The position numbers were made by a program, and so were the translations under genes. Source: Bugula neritina (lineage: Eukaryota > Animalia > Bryozoa). From it: 64,000 bases of DNA. The stretch covers positions 2,294,001-2,358,000 of the forward strand of contig OZ037766.1 of NCBI GenBank assembly GCA_964035545.1. Reading direction: 5' to 3'. This document shows positions 1 to 11,841 of the stretch, in pieces (position 1 is the first letter of the stretch; the number at the start of each line of letters is the position of its first letter). The notes under the pieces are model-generated. The model made no database searches. It saw nothing but the letters and a program-made list of their open reading frames with translations, and had not been told where the DNA came from.

Positions 1-92
1 TTTTAAATTATAGTAACTTGAAAAACGGACGAATATATGAGAGTTAAATTTCAAAATTCGGCCCATTGTGCCCCCCCCCCCCCTGTTACCCC
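1..92. mobile_element. Right end of a non-autonomous TA-targeting (pogo/Tc1-mariner-type) DNA element, related to 50031-51283
   Basis: Ends GGCCCATTGTGCCCCC...TTACCCC followed by TA. This matches the terminal (GTTGTGCCCCCCCTTACCCC-TA) and internal (GGCCCATTGTGCCCC) motifs of the element at 50031-51283. Truncated by the window edge. Confidence 0.6.
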
Positions 93-534
93 TACTACTT
101 TTTCTATAGAGCTTTGTCATAGAATTCCTATAGATATATAAATGTTGAGATATAAAGAGTAGAAGTAAATAGAGTTTCATGCATGCTTGTTATTGAAATT
201 TATAAGAAACATACTTTATTTGATGCGGGTTGAAAGCTTTTTATTCAAACATAGACTTTACTTTATATGTATGCATGTATTGAAAAATTGTACAACTAGT
301 GGTAAAAACTGATATTAGAATCCATTTCAAAATTTAATTTTACAAACTTATTTAATTTCAAAACAACAGGAAGCATAAACATTAGCTAAATAATTATTGG
401 TAAAATGAGTATAATTTTTTTTGTTTTTTTTTAGTTATAATATATGTATTAAGACAAAAGAGGTGCTGTGTAATCAGTGTTGTATTTAATATACAATCAA
501 GCCAGTTGCGAGGTTAGTCAAGGGTGCGAGTCAC

Positions 535-2675
535 TTATGGACTATTCTGCATTTTATCTAGGTCTTCTAGTGATGGTGCAGCCGTTCCTTCGGGATCATC
601 ATTTTCAATATCACTACCTCCACTACCTCCAGTATTTCCTCCTGTCCCTACACCATCTGATTGAGCCTGTGATGAAGATGGTCCTAGAATCACTCGACAG
701 TAAGCTCTGCACAGTCCACTTCCATAGGAGTTGTACATGTGATGCCTGTTGAGACCGATACTCATTTCGCTGCTGGTAGGAGTAAGAAGGTTGGGGTGTC
801 CCACCCGGTTGTATAGTGAATAGGAGCTAGACATGGAAAATCTGTGGTCCTGGACAGTCCAACGAATATAACTAAAACATAATATTGTAAATTAGGTGTA
901 ATTTCAAAATGTTGCAGCTGATTGACAACTAAAAGCACTAATTACCAATATTACCAATACTAATTACTCAATATAATAATTTTATTATTTATTACCAATT
1001 TTCAATTGTTATGTATTACAATTTGTCAATATCTACAACTAATATTATATAAGATCAAATTTTTTTGCCTGAAACTATTCACATTTTTGTTACTGAATTT
1101 TACCATGTGCAGTAATTTTATGCCATTACCAATATTTTCAGAAAGTTTTTGCTAAAAGGTTAATACTCTCACCTGTAGCTGTTGTCATCAGGATGAGAAT
1201 GGGCGTGTTTATAGCCTAGATAGTTGTAGGAATATTGAGAGGCACCATTATTTCTCAGTCTGACAGTAGCATCTTTCCCTCTTCCGTAGATGTGTGTCTT
1301 ATCAGAGGCTATGCAGAAAAATAATAAACTGTAAAAATCAGTATAGTTTAAATGAATCTGCTGATAAGTTTTACTTAATCTTTGAGTCAAATATCTATTT
1401 TGCTTGATAGAAATTTAATTATGTATGTCAAAAATATATACTATAAATAGCATAATATAACATTTCAAATAGTGTTTATACACATATGTTTGTGTCTGTT
1501 GATTTGAATATTTTTATCATTTATAATGCAAACTTTTAAACATGAAGCTGAAATATATAAACTGTGAACTAGAATAAATATTATGCTCATATAATTAATG
1601 AATGCAGTAAGTATTAAAATAAAATATTATTTTCAAACTTACAGTAGTTGCTATTTGATATGCTATAAACATATCTGTATTGTTCAGGGACATCCATGTA
1701 GAAGTAACAATATATGCCAGACGCTGTGTTAGGAAGAGAAGCAGTAACCCTGAAAATAAACACCAGTTATTGTTTAATTGCATGAGCACTGTACTCATTA
1801 ATTGCTGTATTTTATATGTCTTGGATATATATAGCAGTAATATTTAAAGTGTAAAAAAGTTGGTTCACATAAAATGGAAAATTTTGTATATATAATATAG
1901 TCCTTCAAAATATTGACTAGGAAAATGACAACAACTTTAGGATACTATTGTATTAAATATCTTACACGTAGTTCATGTTGCACAAGGAATTTGGAGTCGT
2001 GTATGGGTTGCTATCAGAGAAAGTGAAGTACGTAGAATTGTCACATCCTAAACCAGTTTGCAGGTTGCAATAGAAGTAAGTGGCATGGGCATATCCTGTA
2101 ATAAATATTCTTTGATGTCATCTATTGTGTGCATGGTGAAATTTTAGTAACGAATAATGTCGAGAAACATTTAGGTAATAAAAAAATTAGAAATCTGCTG
2201 AAATATCCAATTTTTTATTGTGTCTTTGACTTGTAATAAAAAGTTTCAGTAAAGAATTTAGTGATTACAAATTATTCTTTACAGAATTTTCCTTCAAAAA
2301 GCAATTTTCTGATAAAAATCAGATTGCTAACATTTAATTTTTTAATAAAATATTTGCATTTACTAACTGAAAATATATTTTTTTGAGTCATGGTATTTAA
2401 AAAAATAGAATAAGAAAATTAAGCGGGAATGTGAGTTTTATAATTATATATATGTCAGTATTTCAAAGTATTTCAATCTTGACATTAATAACTTTGCACA
2501 CCATTTACTTGCACTTGATTTTACTATATTTACTAATTAAAACTGTAGAAACAGAAAATTTAAATTTACTGTTCAATTATAGAGCAAAGCTCCCTTTTTA
2601 AATTTAATAAATGTAATAAAAGAAAAACTTACCAACTAGAATTGCGACCACCAGGAGGTTGAAAGTGAGAGCCAT
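535..2675 (-). CDS. G1: secreted 250-aa Tyr-rich, 6-Cys protein of unknown family with a Gly/acidic C-terminal tail (5 coding exons)
   Basis: Exons 2633-2675, 1966-2095, 1643-1749, 1173-1308 and 535-871 have GT-AG boundaries and phases 1,2,1,2, and join into a 753-nt stop-free frame: MALTFNLLVVAILVGYAHA|TYFYCNLQTGLGCDNST...IGLNRHHMYNSYGSGLCRAYC...DDPEGTAAPSLEDLDKMQNSP. All splice sites are conserved in paralogue G2. Confidence 0.9.
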
Positions 2676-2737
2676 GTTGAAGTTGAATGACAAGCCAACA
2701 GTTCAGCATGTGATGAATTCTAGAGTCTAACCTTCAC

Positions 2738-2745
2738 CTTTTATA
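2738..2745 (-). promoter_or_regulatory. TATA box of G1
   Basis: TATAAAAG on the minus strand about 30 nt upstream of a TTCATC Inr-like site and 70 nt from the ATG. Conserved in G2. Confidence 0.7.
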
Positions 2746-2977
2746 CCCTCAGTTTGGCAGACAAACACTCCAGATTTTATCAAACAGTTGAAGCGTGAGT
2801 TGAAGTCATCTAAAACAGATTTGATATATTGTTTGATCTGAATGAGATTATTCTATAGCGCAACATGCACTGGTAGATATTGCAGGTTTAATGGGCTACA
2901 TATAGACTTCTGAAATATTGCTCTATAAATCTTGCAACAGCTGAGTGTACGTGTTGCGTGTATATTCGAGTTTAATA

Positions 2978-3369
2978 ATTTCATTGCTGAACTGTGGGTC
3001 ATTTTACTTAATTTAGTAGACACTTGAAATCTCCAGTTTTTAGCTATTTTTTAAAATTTAGGTACTTTCAGAGAGTTATGGTTATTTCATAACACTCTGC
3101 AATCAAAAGTTGCTAAATAATTATGAAAAAACATGGGAAATCAAGCAAAATTAAGAACAACGTTAATTATATATAAATAATTAACGTTGTTCTTAATTTT
3201 GCTTGATTTCCCATGTTTTTTCATAATTATTTAGCAACTTTTGATTGCAGAGTGTTATGAAATAACCATAACTCTCCGAAAGCACCTAAATTTTAAAAAA
3301 TAGCTAAAAACTGGAGATTTCAAGTGTCTACTAAATTAAGTAAAATGACCCACAACTCAGCAATGAAAT
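2978..3369. repeat. 392-bp near-perfect palindrome (fold-back / MITE-like)
   Basis: Arms 2978-3173 and 3174-3369 are reverse complements with no indels and about 5 mismatched pairs. A partial third copy of the arm lies at about 3441-3500. Confidence 0.9.
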
Positions 3370-4817
3370 CTTGGGTGTGTCCATTCATATTTTACTAGTT
3401 TTGAGCAAAAACCCATGTTCATTAGCAGCTAAATTGTAAGAAATAGCTAAAAACTGGAGATTTCCAGTGTGTACTATATATAAATTAAGTAAAATGACCC
3501 TTGAAATAGCCTATTTTAATAGAAAATCAGAAGTTGATCAGTATATTGATCATACACAACTGTGTAGTATATGCCCATAGACTATTTGATTATCGTTTGC
3601 TTTGCAAATTATTTACCTGAAATGAAATATTTTAGTATATACTGCAAATATTTTCATAGCATAAATATGAGCATTGGCATTTACTAATTATATGTATTTT
3701 ATTATGTCTGCTCTTTTAAAATGTTGCATAGCTGGAATATATGTAATATACACATTTTTATCCATATTATTTAAATACAAGAGATTTGAAAAATTCTTGC
3801 GTAATGCTAAGCAACTACACTTTTGTAGTATAAAAGATAATATGCTAGATGTTTCCGGTTGCATACACTATAATACATTGGCAAATCCAACAATTCAAAA
3901 GATGTAAAGATAGCATCAGTGACATCAAAGCATATTGCAACAACTAATTATATATAGCTCCCATTTTATATAGCACCATTAAACTAGTGTAAACAGATTA
4001 TTTATATACTTAACTGCTCAATAGGTCATTAAACACCAAGTTGCTTCACAATTATAGTATTTATGGTTCATTAATATTAGCTTTGTTGTTTGGCTATCGT
4101 GTTGCACTGTACAAGGAAAGTAAAGGTAAATGTAGGCATATAATTGCATTCCTGGATAAATGGGCCGGGTTATATATAGCAGTTCTATAGGATGATGAGT
4201 TTTTCTATAATTTATCTTTTTTCCTGAATTGCATATACTGCAACGGCAAAACTATGCGGAACCTGAGTTTCTAAGGCCAAAGCAGAATGAACAAAGGAGT
4301 GTGCCTTTGTTATTAAAACAAAATGAAGAACTTTTGAATATACTAGTGTCTATAGCTTACATACAAAGTTTTAATGGGCATAGCTATATTTAGTAGCTTT
4401 TAATCTAATGAACAGTTGTAGTGGTCAGCATTAAATAATATTAAATAAAAATAAAAAATGTAAAGAAAGCATATAATATATAAGCCTAAATTAAAAGGTT
4501 GCAGGGTTATGTGCGTATTATTTACTATTGAACTAGCTGTCCATTGTTCAAACAGCACAAATTCATCAGAAAACATATTATTAGTAATGAGCAAGAAAAG
4601 CAAGTGAGCATGTGGATATTATTTCTGTTCTTGTTTAAAGATGAAAACTTGCTGGAGAATTTCTGCAGCACGTAATAATTGACTAGCAAAAAAGAGATTT
4701 GAGTTAGAATAGTATATTTGCTTGAAAATCTACTGTATTAAATTTTTGCTGCCCAATAACATTGACTAAATAAAATTAATGTTTTACTGAAGCTAGAGAG
4801 GATGGAGTTTGAAATAG

Positions 4818-5211
4818 TGTAGTGGCTGTGGGAAGTATACGCCACCACTATCCCCTACCTAAGTACTTGTATTATATTATGAGGCATAAAGTCCCCAAGA
4901 GACAACAACTCAGTTAGCAATGCTGCAATTCTGTGCAGCACTACTGCGGGAAGCCTATACTAACCAATCAGGACCAACCTTCCGACACCCAGCCTCAGTT
5001 GGAGGATAACTGTCAGCTGAATAAGCTAACTTTGTGTAACTGTTTCTGTAATTGTACTCTTTTGTTACTTTCTTTATGACTCTTTATGAACCTCAATAAA
5101 GTTCTTTCATTAAAGTTAACGAGTTTCGAGCTTTGCATAACATCATAGTGGACACGCAGTAATTACTCGTGCATACATAACACCCCACTTATAGTAGTGC
5201 ATAAAGCTACA
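4818..5211 (+). mobile_element. Probable solo LTR
   Basis: 394-bp insert absent from duplicate unit B. It has TGTAG...CTACA inverted termini, ATAG/ACAG flanks (4-bp TSD with 1 mismatch), an internal CCAAT and AATAAA at 5095-5100, and is more GC-rich than its flanks. Confidence 0.5.
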
Positions 5212-6378
5212 ACAGCTGCGACAGCGGTGAGATAATTGACCAAGATAAAGTGCAATCTTCAAGCCCAATCTAGTGCAAAACCTTCACAAATACCATCCAG
5301 ATGCAGCATTAAAAACATCTTTGTCAGCAATCATATAGCCTTTCTGCTGCTTAATAAAAAAAAACGCAAAGTGCATTAGATGGTCTAGTTTTTTAAGTGT
5401 TCCTGTATAATGAAGATTTAGTCATAGTTAAGAGTAGTCAAAATGAGTCTTGACAGAGTGTACACACGATTGGCTTTAATGCAACTTCATTACTGACCCT
5501 TTATTTACTCTTTATTTATACTCTATTAGAAGCTAGACGCAGTTACATATACCACAAAAGAAAAGCTATATAATAAAACCTATAATTACAGTTAAATCTG
5601 ATATAGCAACTTTAGTAAACCATTATATTATGTAAAATAATCTCTTGGGTAAAGCTATACTTACAGAAGAATAATTATTTTTTATTAACTGTGATAAACA
5701 CTAGTGATTCTTAGATGCATGTGTTATTGATTATTATGATTTTATTAAAGAAACAATTTGTTTATTTGAATTGTCTAATTGCTATAATATGAGTCATTGG
5801 GAACATATTAATACGAATGTGAAGAAAGCATGTAGGGAATGTTATAGGATTTAAATTGTTTGTGGCTACATATGCATTCCTATATTGCTGTCTACTTCAG
5901 CACAGCATTACAGTGTTGGCAATAAAGTTATAATTGAATATAAATTTTGTGAGAGAAAAACCCGTTTGCAATGTTATTTAAATAGTATAATTGCTATTTT
6001 TATGTGAAAATATCGATGTAAATGTAAAGAAAGCGTATGTAGAGAGTTTGCATTTGTATGCTTATAATTAACCTCAATCTTTATACGATTGGGATTGTTT
6101 ATAAGAATGCAGAATATACAAGTTACTATTTGCAGTTTGACAGAGTTTTATTAGGCAATTGGTTGTTAGGTTTGAAAACTTGTAGTTAGTTTTAGCAACT
6201 ATTTAGATTTAAAAGTAATAAAAAAGATGAATTAAAAAAGTAAAATGCTTGTTACAATTTAGCGTTTAGGTAAGATAAAAAGAGCCACAATGCATTATGA
6301 CATAAGATATGGTGTGTTTTGTTGTATTTAATATACAATCAAGCCAATTGTGAAGTTATAGTCAAGGGTACCAGTCAC

Positions 6379-8636
6379 TTATGGACTATTCTCAAGCTTA
6401 GCTAGATCTTCTAGTGATGGTGCAGATGTTCCTTCGGGATCGTCACCTTCAAGTTCAGTACCTCCACTACCTCCACTACCTCCAGTATTTCCCCCTGCCC
6501 CTTGACCATCAGGTACATCTGATTGAGACTGGGATGCAAAAGGGCTTTGTATTATTCGACAGAAAGCTCTGCACAGACCACTTCCATAAGAATTGTACAA
6601 GTGATGTCGGTTGAGACCGATACTCATTTCGGTGTTGGTAGGAGTGAAGAGGTTAGGGTGTCCCACACGGCTGGATGCAGGAGCAGTACTGTACATAGAA
6701 AATCTGTTGTCCTGCACAGTCCAACGAATCCAACTAAAAAAGGTATGTTGTAATTTCATTAAATTAATAAATACATCAACTAGACGTCGGGAGTTCTTTT
6801 AAATCTATTAAATAATAAGAATCATAATGTTTTTATTTTAGTTGTTCTCTCAAGTTGTTTTTTAACGCATATATAATAAAATCGCATTTTTATTTTAAAA
6901 TATCCTCATGTTGAACTAATGTTCCACAATCCCCTATAAATAAAAAACCTAAAATGTCAAAATAAAAGACAATAGAAATATCCTTCAGTAAGTACTATAT
7001 AATATAATATAATTAAAGTAAATAACTCATTATACTAATAGAAGTTGTATTTAAGTTTTTATCAGAGTGGAATGCTATAACTAAATTGAATACCAAGTTT
7101 TTGAGGCAGGTTAAAAATCTCACCTGTAGCTGTTGTCATCAGGGTGAGAATGGGCGTGTCTATAGCGAAGATAGTTAGAGAAATATTGAGAGGCACCATT
7201 ATTTCTCAGTCTGACAGTAGCATCTTTCCCATATCCATAGATGTGTGTCTTATCAGAGGCTACAGATATAAATAAAAACAATCAATTTAGTTTCATCCTT
7301 GTTGAAATTTTTAAAGTAACAAAATAAAATGTAAAGTTATTAAATCTAAAAGCCTTAAGCGTTGTTTATTGAGTTCTACCAAAACTGCATCTATGCATGG
7401 TACTACAAACATTAATAATTGTTGACATTACCTAGTTTAAATAAATTTTTCAAGGAAACTACTGTTTCATTAGATTCAAATGTGCATGGTTAGGTTACAA
7501 TAAATAGTATAAAGCAAAAAACCTAATTATTTTTTATACAATTGAGTGAACTAATTCGAAATTTTTACCAGATGTTTCGATAATTCATGAAATATTCAAA
7601 TTTTGAATATAATCCTGCAATATAAATTATATTGGTAACTAAAATAAAAAATTATGTCCATCTATATGTAGACGTAATTTATTAAAATAAAATATTACAA
7701 TAGATAACTTACAGTAGCCGCTATTTGATATGCTGTAAACATATCTGTACTGTTCAGGAACATCCATGTAGAAGTAACAGTAAAAGCCCGAGGCAGTGTT
7801 TGGGAGAGACACGGTAACCCTAAAAATAAACACAAGCTTTATATTGCAAAACAAAACAGCTAATGGTCTATGATCAAACACTATAGCTATTGATTATTGT
7901 ATTTTATGTTTTAGATATAGCAGTATAATATGAAAAGTATGAAGAAAAGTTCACATTTTAAACATTGCTTTAAATAAAATTTTTATTTCTAGTCATTTAA
8001 AATGTTGACTAGAAATATCACAATAACTTCAGGATGCTATTGTATTAAATATCTTACATGTAGTTCATGTTGCACAAGGAGTTTGGAGTCGTGTATGGGT
8101 TGCTACCTAAGAAAGTGAAGTGCGTAGAATTGTCACATCCTGCACCAGTTTGCAGATTGCAGTTGAAGAAAGTTATAGCATGGGCATATCCTGTAATAAA
8201 TATTCCTTGATTTCAACTTTTGTAAGATAAAAACATCAAAAAATTTTAGTAATACATGCATGCATGCTTGGTAAATTTTCATAAAAAACAAAAATGGATA
8301 AAGTGTGAGATTTAGTATTTTATATAATTATTATAGTTGTCTATTATTGTAAAATTTTATGATTATTTTAAAAATATTTCGGGTTTTTATAATTTTTATT
8401 TTGTCTCATCAAAACAAATTAAGTTTTTGACAAGCATTCTTGACTAAAATAATTTTTTTTTAAATTATTCAACATTTTAAAGTCATAAATTAGCTATATT
8501 CAATTTTTTGTATTTTCTTTTTGGAGATGAAAAATTTTTTTTTAGATTTAAACTTGTAAGTTAAAGTCAATAAATGTGATTGAAAAAACTTACCAACTAG
8601 AATTGCGACCACCAGGAGGTTGAGGGTGAGAGCCAT
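6379..8636 (-). CDS. G2: secreted 257-aa paralogue of G1 (5 coding exons)
   Basis: Exons 8594-8636, 8058-8190, 7713-7819, 7124-7259 and 6379-6733 have GT-AG boundaries and the same phases as G1, giving a 774-nt open frame MALTLNLLVVAILVGYAHA|ITFFNCNLQTGAGCDNST...SLEDLAKLENSP. All six Cys are conserved. Confidence 0.9.
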
Positions 8637-8698
8637 GTTGAAGTTGAATGACAAGTCAACAGTTCAGCATGTGATGAATTCTAGAGTCTAACCTTCGC

Positions 8699-8706
8699 CT
8701 TTTATA
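8699..8706 (-). promoter_or_regulatory. TATA box of G2
   Basis: TATAAAAG at the same position relative to the ATG as in G1. Confidence 0.7.
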
Positions 8707-11158
8707 CTCTCAGTTTTGTGAAGAAACACTCCAGATTTTATCAAACAGTTGAGGCGTGAGTTGAAGTCATCTAAAACAGATTTGATATATTGTTTGATCT
8801 GAATGAAATCATGAAGGCTTATTATTTATTGGCAAATGTTACAGGTTTTACATGTTCAAAATTTTTGTCCCCACTGCTATTCAAACTGGGCTTGCAGGTA
8901 AATAAGTGCACTAACCATTACGCAACAAGGCACATGGCCATAGGTACTCTCATATGCACAGAAATCCCTGCTGTTTCATGTTACAAAATGTAGTTACATG
9001 CATTTTACTGATTGTAATAGTTCAATAATTATATTTCTAGTTTATAATATTTATACTATATACATGATAAACTACATAATTTAGTTACAATAGATTATTT
9101 AATTGAAGTAAATAATAAATTTAGCGTATTAACAGCTTAAATGTATAATTAATTGCAATATATCAATTGATAATTTTGTTATTTTTACTCTTTAAAAAGC
9201 TGCAGAGCTGACATGTAGAAATCTTTTTCTTTTAACTTCCAATACGCAGGTACATGCAAGTACATGTATAGTTAAAACATTATTACATCCTAAATTTTTT
9301 TGCAATTGAAATTTGAATAGGTAGAAATCTGAAATGTTTTTACTACTAGAGAAAATTTAATTATGAAACTTATCAAAATCTGTTTTTATCATTTTAAAAC
9401 AAAAAAAAAAATATAAATTATAATTGCCTCGAAAAATGATAAAGTCATTAGTGGAAAAAGACTTTTTCTCAAAATAAATTTTAATATAATTCTAGGCAAC
9501 ATGAACTTTATCAGTTGCAATAATTAAACAGCTTTTGTTTTTTGATAAAAATGAGTAGTATTGACAAAAACATCTAAGAAATTTTAGCTTGCTCCATATG
9601 TTATCTTCTTAAAGTCAGAATTTGGTATGAAAAGTTTGCAAAAAATATTATAAATGACTGGAAGTGATTGATAAATCTACAAAAACTTTTCAAAGTTACT
9701 TCAAGATTCAAATTTACAAATTTAAAGCAACTTTAATTGCTGCCTGCAAAGCTTTTTAGGCATGCAACCCTCAAACAGCCAGTAGATTACAGCAATCAGA
9801 AATATACAAATATTTTAACTATATATTATGAAAAGCAGGATAGACAATAACAATTAAATGTTTATTTGTTTAAACAAGTACGTCAATAACATAGCTCATG
9901 TAGCCTTTGTGCAGTTTGCAGCTATATAAAGATGATGAAGCTTTAGAATATAAAATTAAGTGCCAAAAATAAAACAGCTTCTGGCATGTAATCCATAATA
10001 CAACAAATGGCTATTTCATTATAGTTGGGTAGATACCAAAACAAAGTGCAAAAGTTAATCATCTGTAATGCTGTATATTTTATGATCAGTATAAAGATAA
10101 TATATTGCCATGCAAACATTAATATAGTTAAGTGACAATTAATGACCAAAGGTCTATATCTAAATTATTAAATAATGAATACTGCAAGTTTGCACTCATA
10201 TAATGGGAGATGAGACAAGTTTCAATGTTCATTTCATGAAGTCGTTTGAGTGTGTCATCATATGGCACTCTAATGGTATCTAGTTATTAGTCTAAAGTTG
10301 ACATCTTTTGAAAACAAATTCAGAAGCACTGTTGCCTTTTCTGTTTGTACGGAAAAATACAAAACAACTATTGATACTGCTTAATATAAAATAAGAAAAA
10401 GCCAGGCATAAGTAGTCTAGTTTCTATTAAATTATTAACTATTTACTTCACACAACGTGTTCATGAGTTTTACTTCTTATTAGAGGAACTTCCAAAAATT
10501 AATCAAATAATTGCAGCACAAAACGTGCAGCAAATATAAATAAAGCTCATAAAATAAGTTAGTTCAATTATTTTTGCAAGTTCAAATATCTGTTTAGTAA
10601 TTATTGGTAATACAAATACATTTTTTATGTGTTATTTGAATTGAGTAGCAATTCAGCCATTGATTATAACTGCGTGCTGTAAGTGATTTGCATTTCTATC
10701 TTCAAAGTCCCCAAAGACTTTACCAGCTATAATATGATTGAAGAACATGTTTTTTCGATTAAACCGTTAATAACTGGCCCTTGCACTATTCTCTGTTAAT
10801 AAAATAAGTTTCAGATTAGGCGTTGGAGTATATATGCAGGAATAACCCAGCTGGTTTCATTATCCATATAATATATTAGCAATTCAAATATTTCAAAAGA
10901 TGCAAAGACATAGTATATAATATGTAATGGTATGAAGAACAATAAAGCATATTGCATTAACTTAAATATTTATGCTTCATTGATTTCACCGCAGGCATCA
11001 TTAAACTAATGTAAACAAATTATTTAACAGCTCAATAGGTCATTAAACACTAAGTTGCTTCATAATTATAGTATTTATGGTTCATTAATATTAGCTTTGT
11101 TGTTTGGCTATCGTGTTGCACTGTACAAGGAAAGTAAAGGTAAACATTGGCACGCTAA

Positions 11159-11841
11159 CCCCTCATTCACACTTACCGTATCGTACGCCGTAACAGCAAA
11201 AATAAAATGGCGACGCTGTTGCATTTTGTCAATGGGTGTTCACACATTGCCGTAAAAGTACAATGCATGACGTTGAGCTGTGACTAATCATAATAAAGCC
11301 AACTCTTGTCTGCGGTGATTTGAACGCCTTTGAATATTATTTACAAATTATTCGCAACATTCTTATCAAAAGATGTTATATAATTGCTATTTACTAAATA
11401 AAAGCAATTACATGAAAAGAATCTTTTTTTAAATAATATTCGTTTTTAAAATAATTGTGCAAACTAATTTAAATAATGAATATTTAAGCCGTCCAAATCA
11501 TTTTTAAGTTTTTGATTTGCTTGATTTTGTGATTAGGGAAAGCTAGATTTTTAAGCTGAGTTTAATTCAAACAAGCCGGATAAACATTTTTTAATCTTTT
11601 AAAACTTTTGAATTGATTAAATTAAATCAAAAATAAGCGATTAAAATAAACTAGCGAAAATGTTCTTTAAATTTTAGTACCAGATCAACTCTACCCAATA
11701 GGAGCCTGCCGTGATTTTTTGAATCAAGCACTGCTTGATCAACGCCGCAACGTATACCGGAGTACGATTTAGCCCGGATGTTAACAAAACTCGCTAAAAT
11801 TTGCTGTTACGGCGTACGGTACGGTAAGTGTGAATAGGGGG
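11159..11841. mobile_element. PIF/Harbinger-type MITE, 683 bp
   Basis: About 42-bp TIRs (CCCCTCATTCACACTTACCGTATCGTACGCCGTAACAGCAAA / TTTGCTGTTACGGCGTACGGTACGGTAAGTGTGAATAGGGGG) with TAA on both sides. The paralogous empty site near 4141 has a single TAA. A 3-bp TWA TSD is the established PIF/Harbinger signature. Confidence 0.85.

Noticed and set aside
477-752. Plus-strand ORFs over the last exons of G1/G2 (also 6414-6802) and alternative-frame or antisense ORFs over G3 (17752-18180)
   Set aside because: Shadows of the real coding exons.
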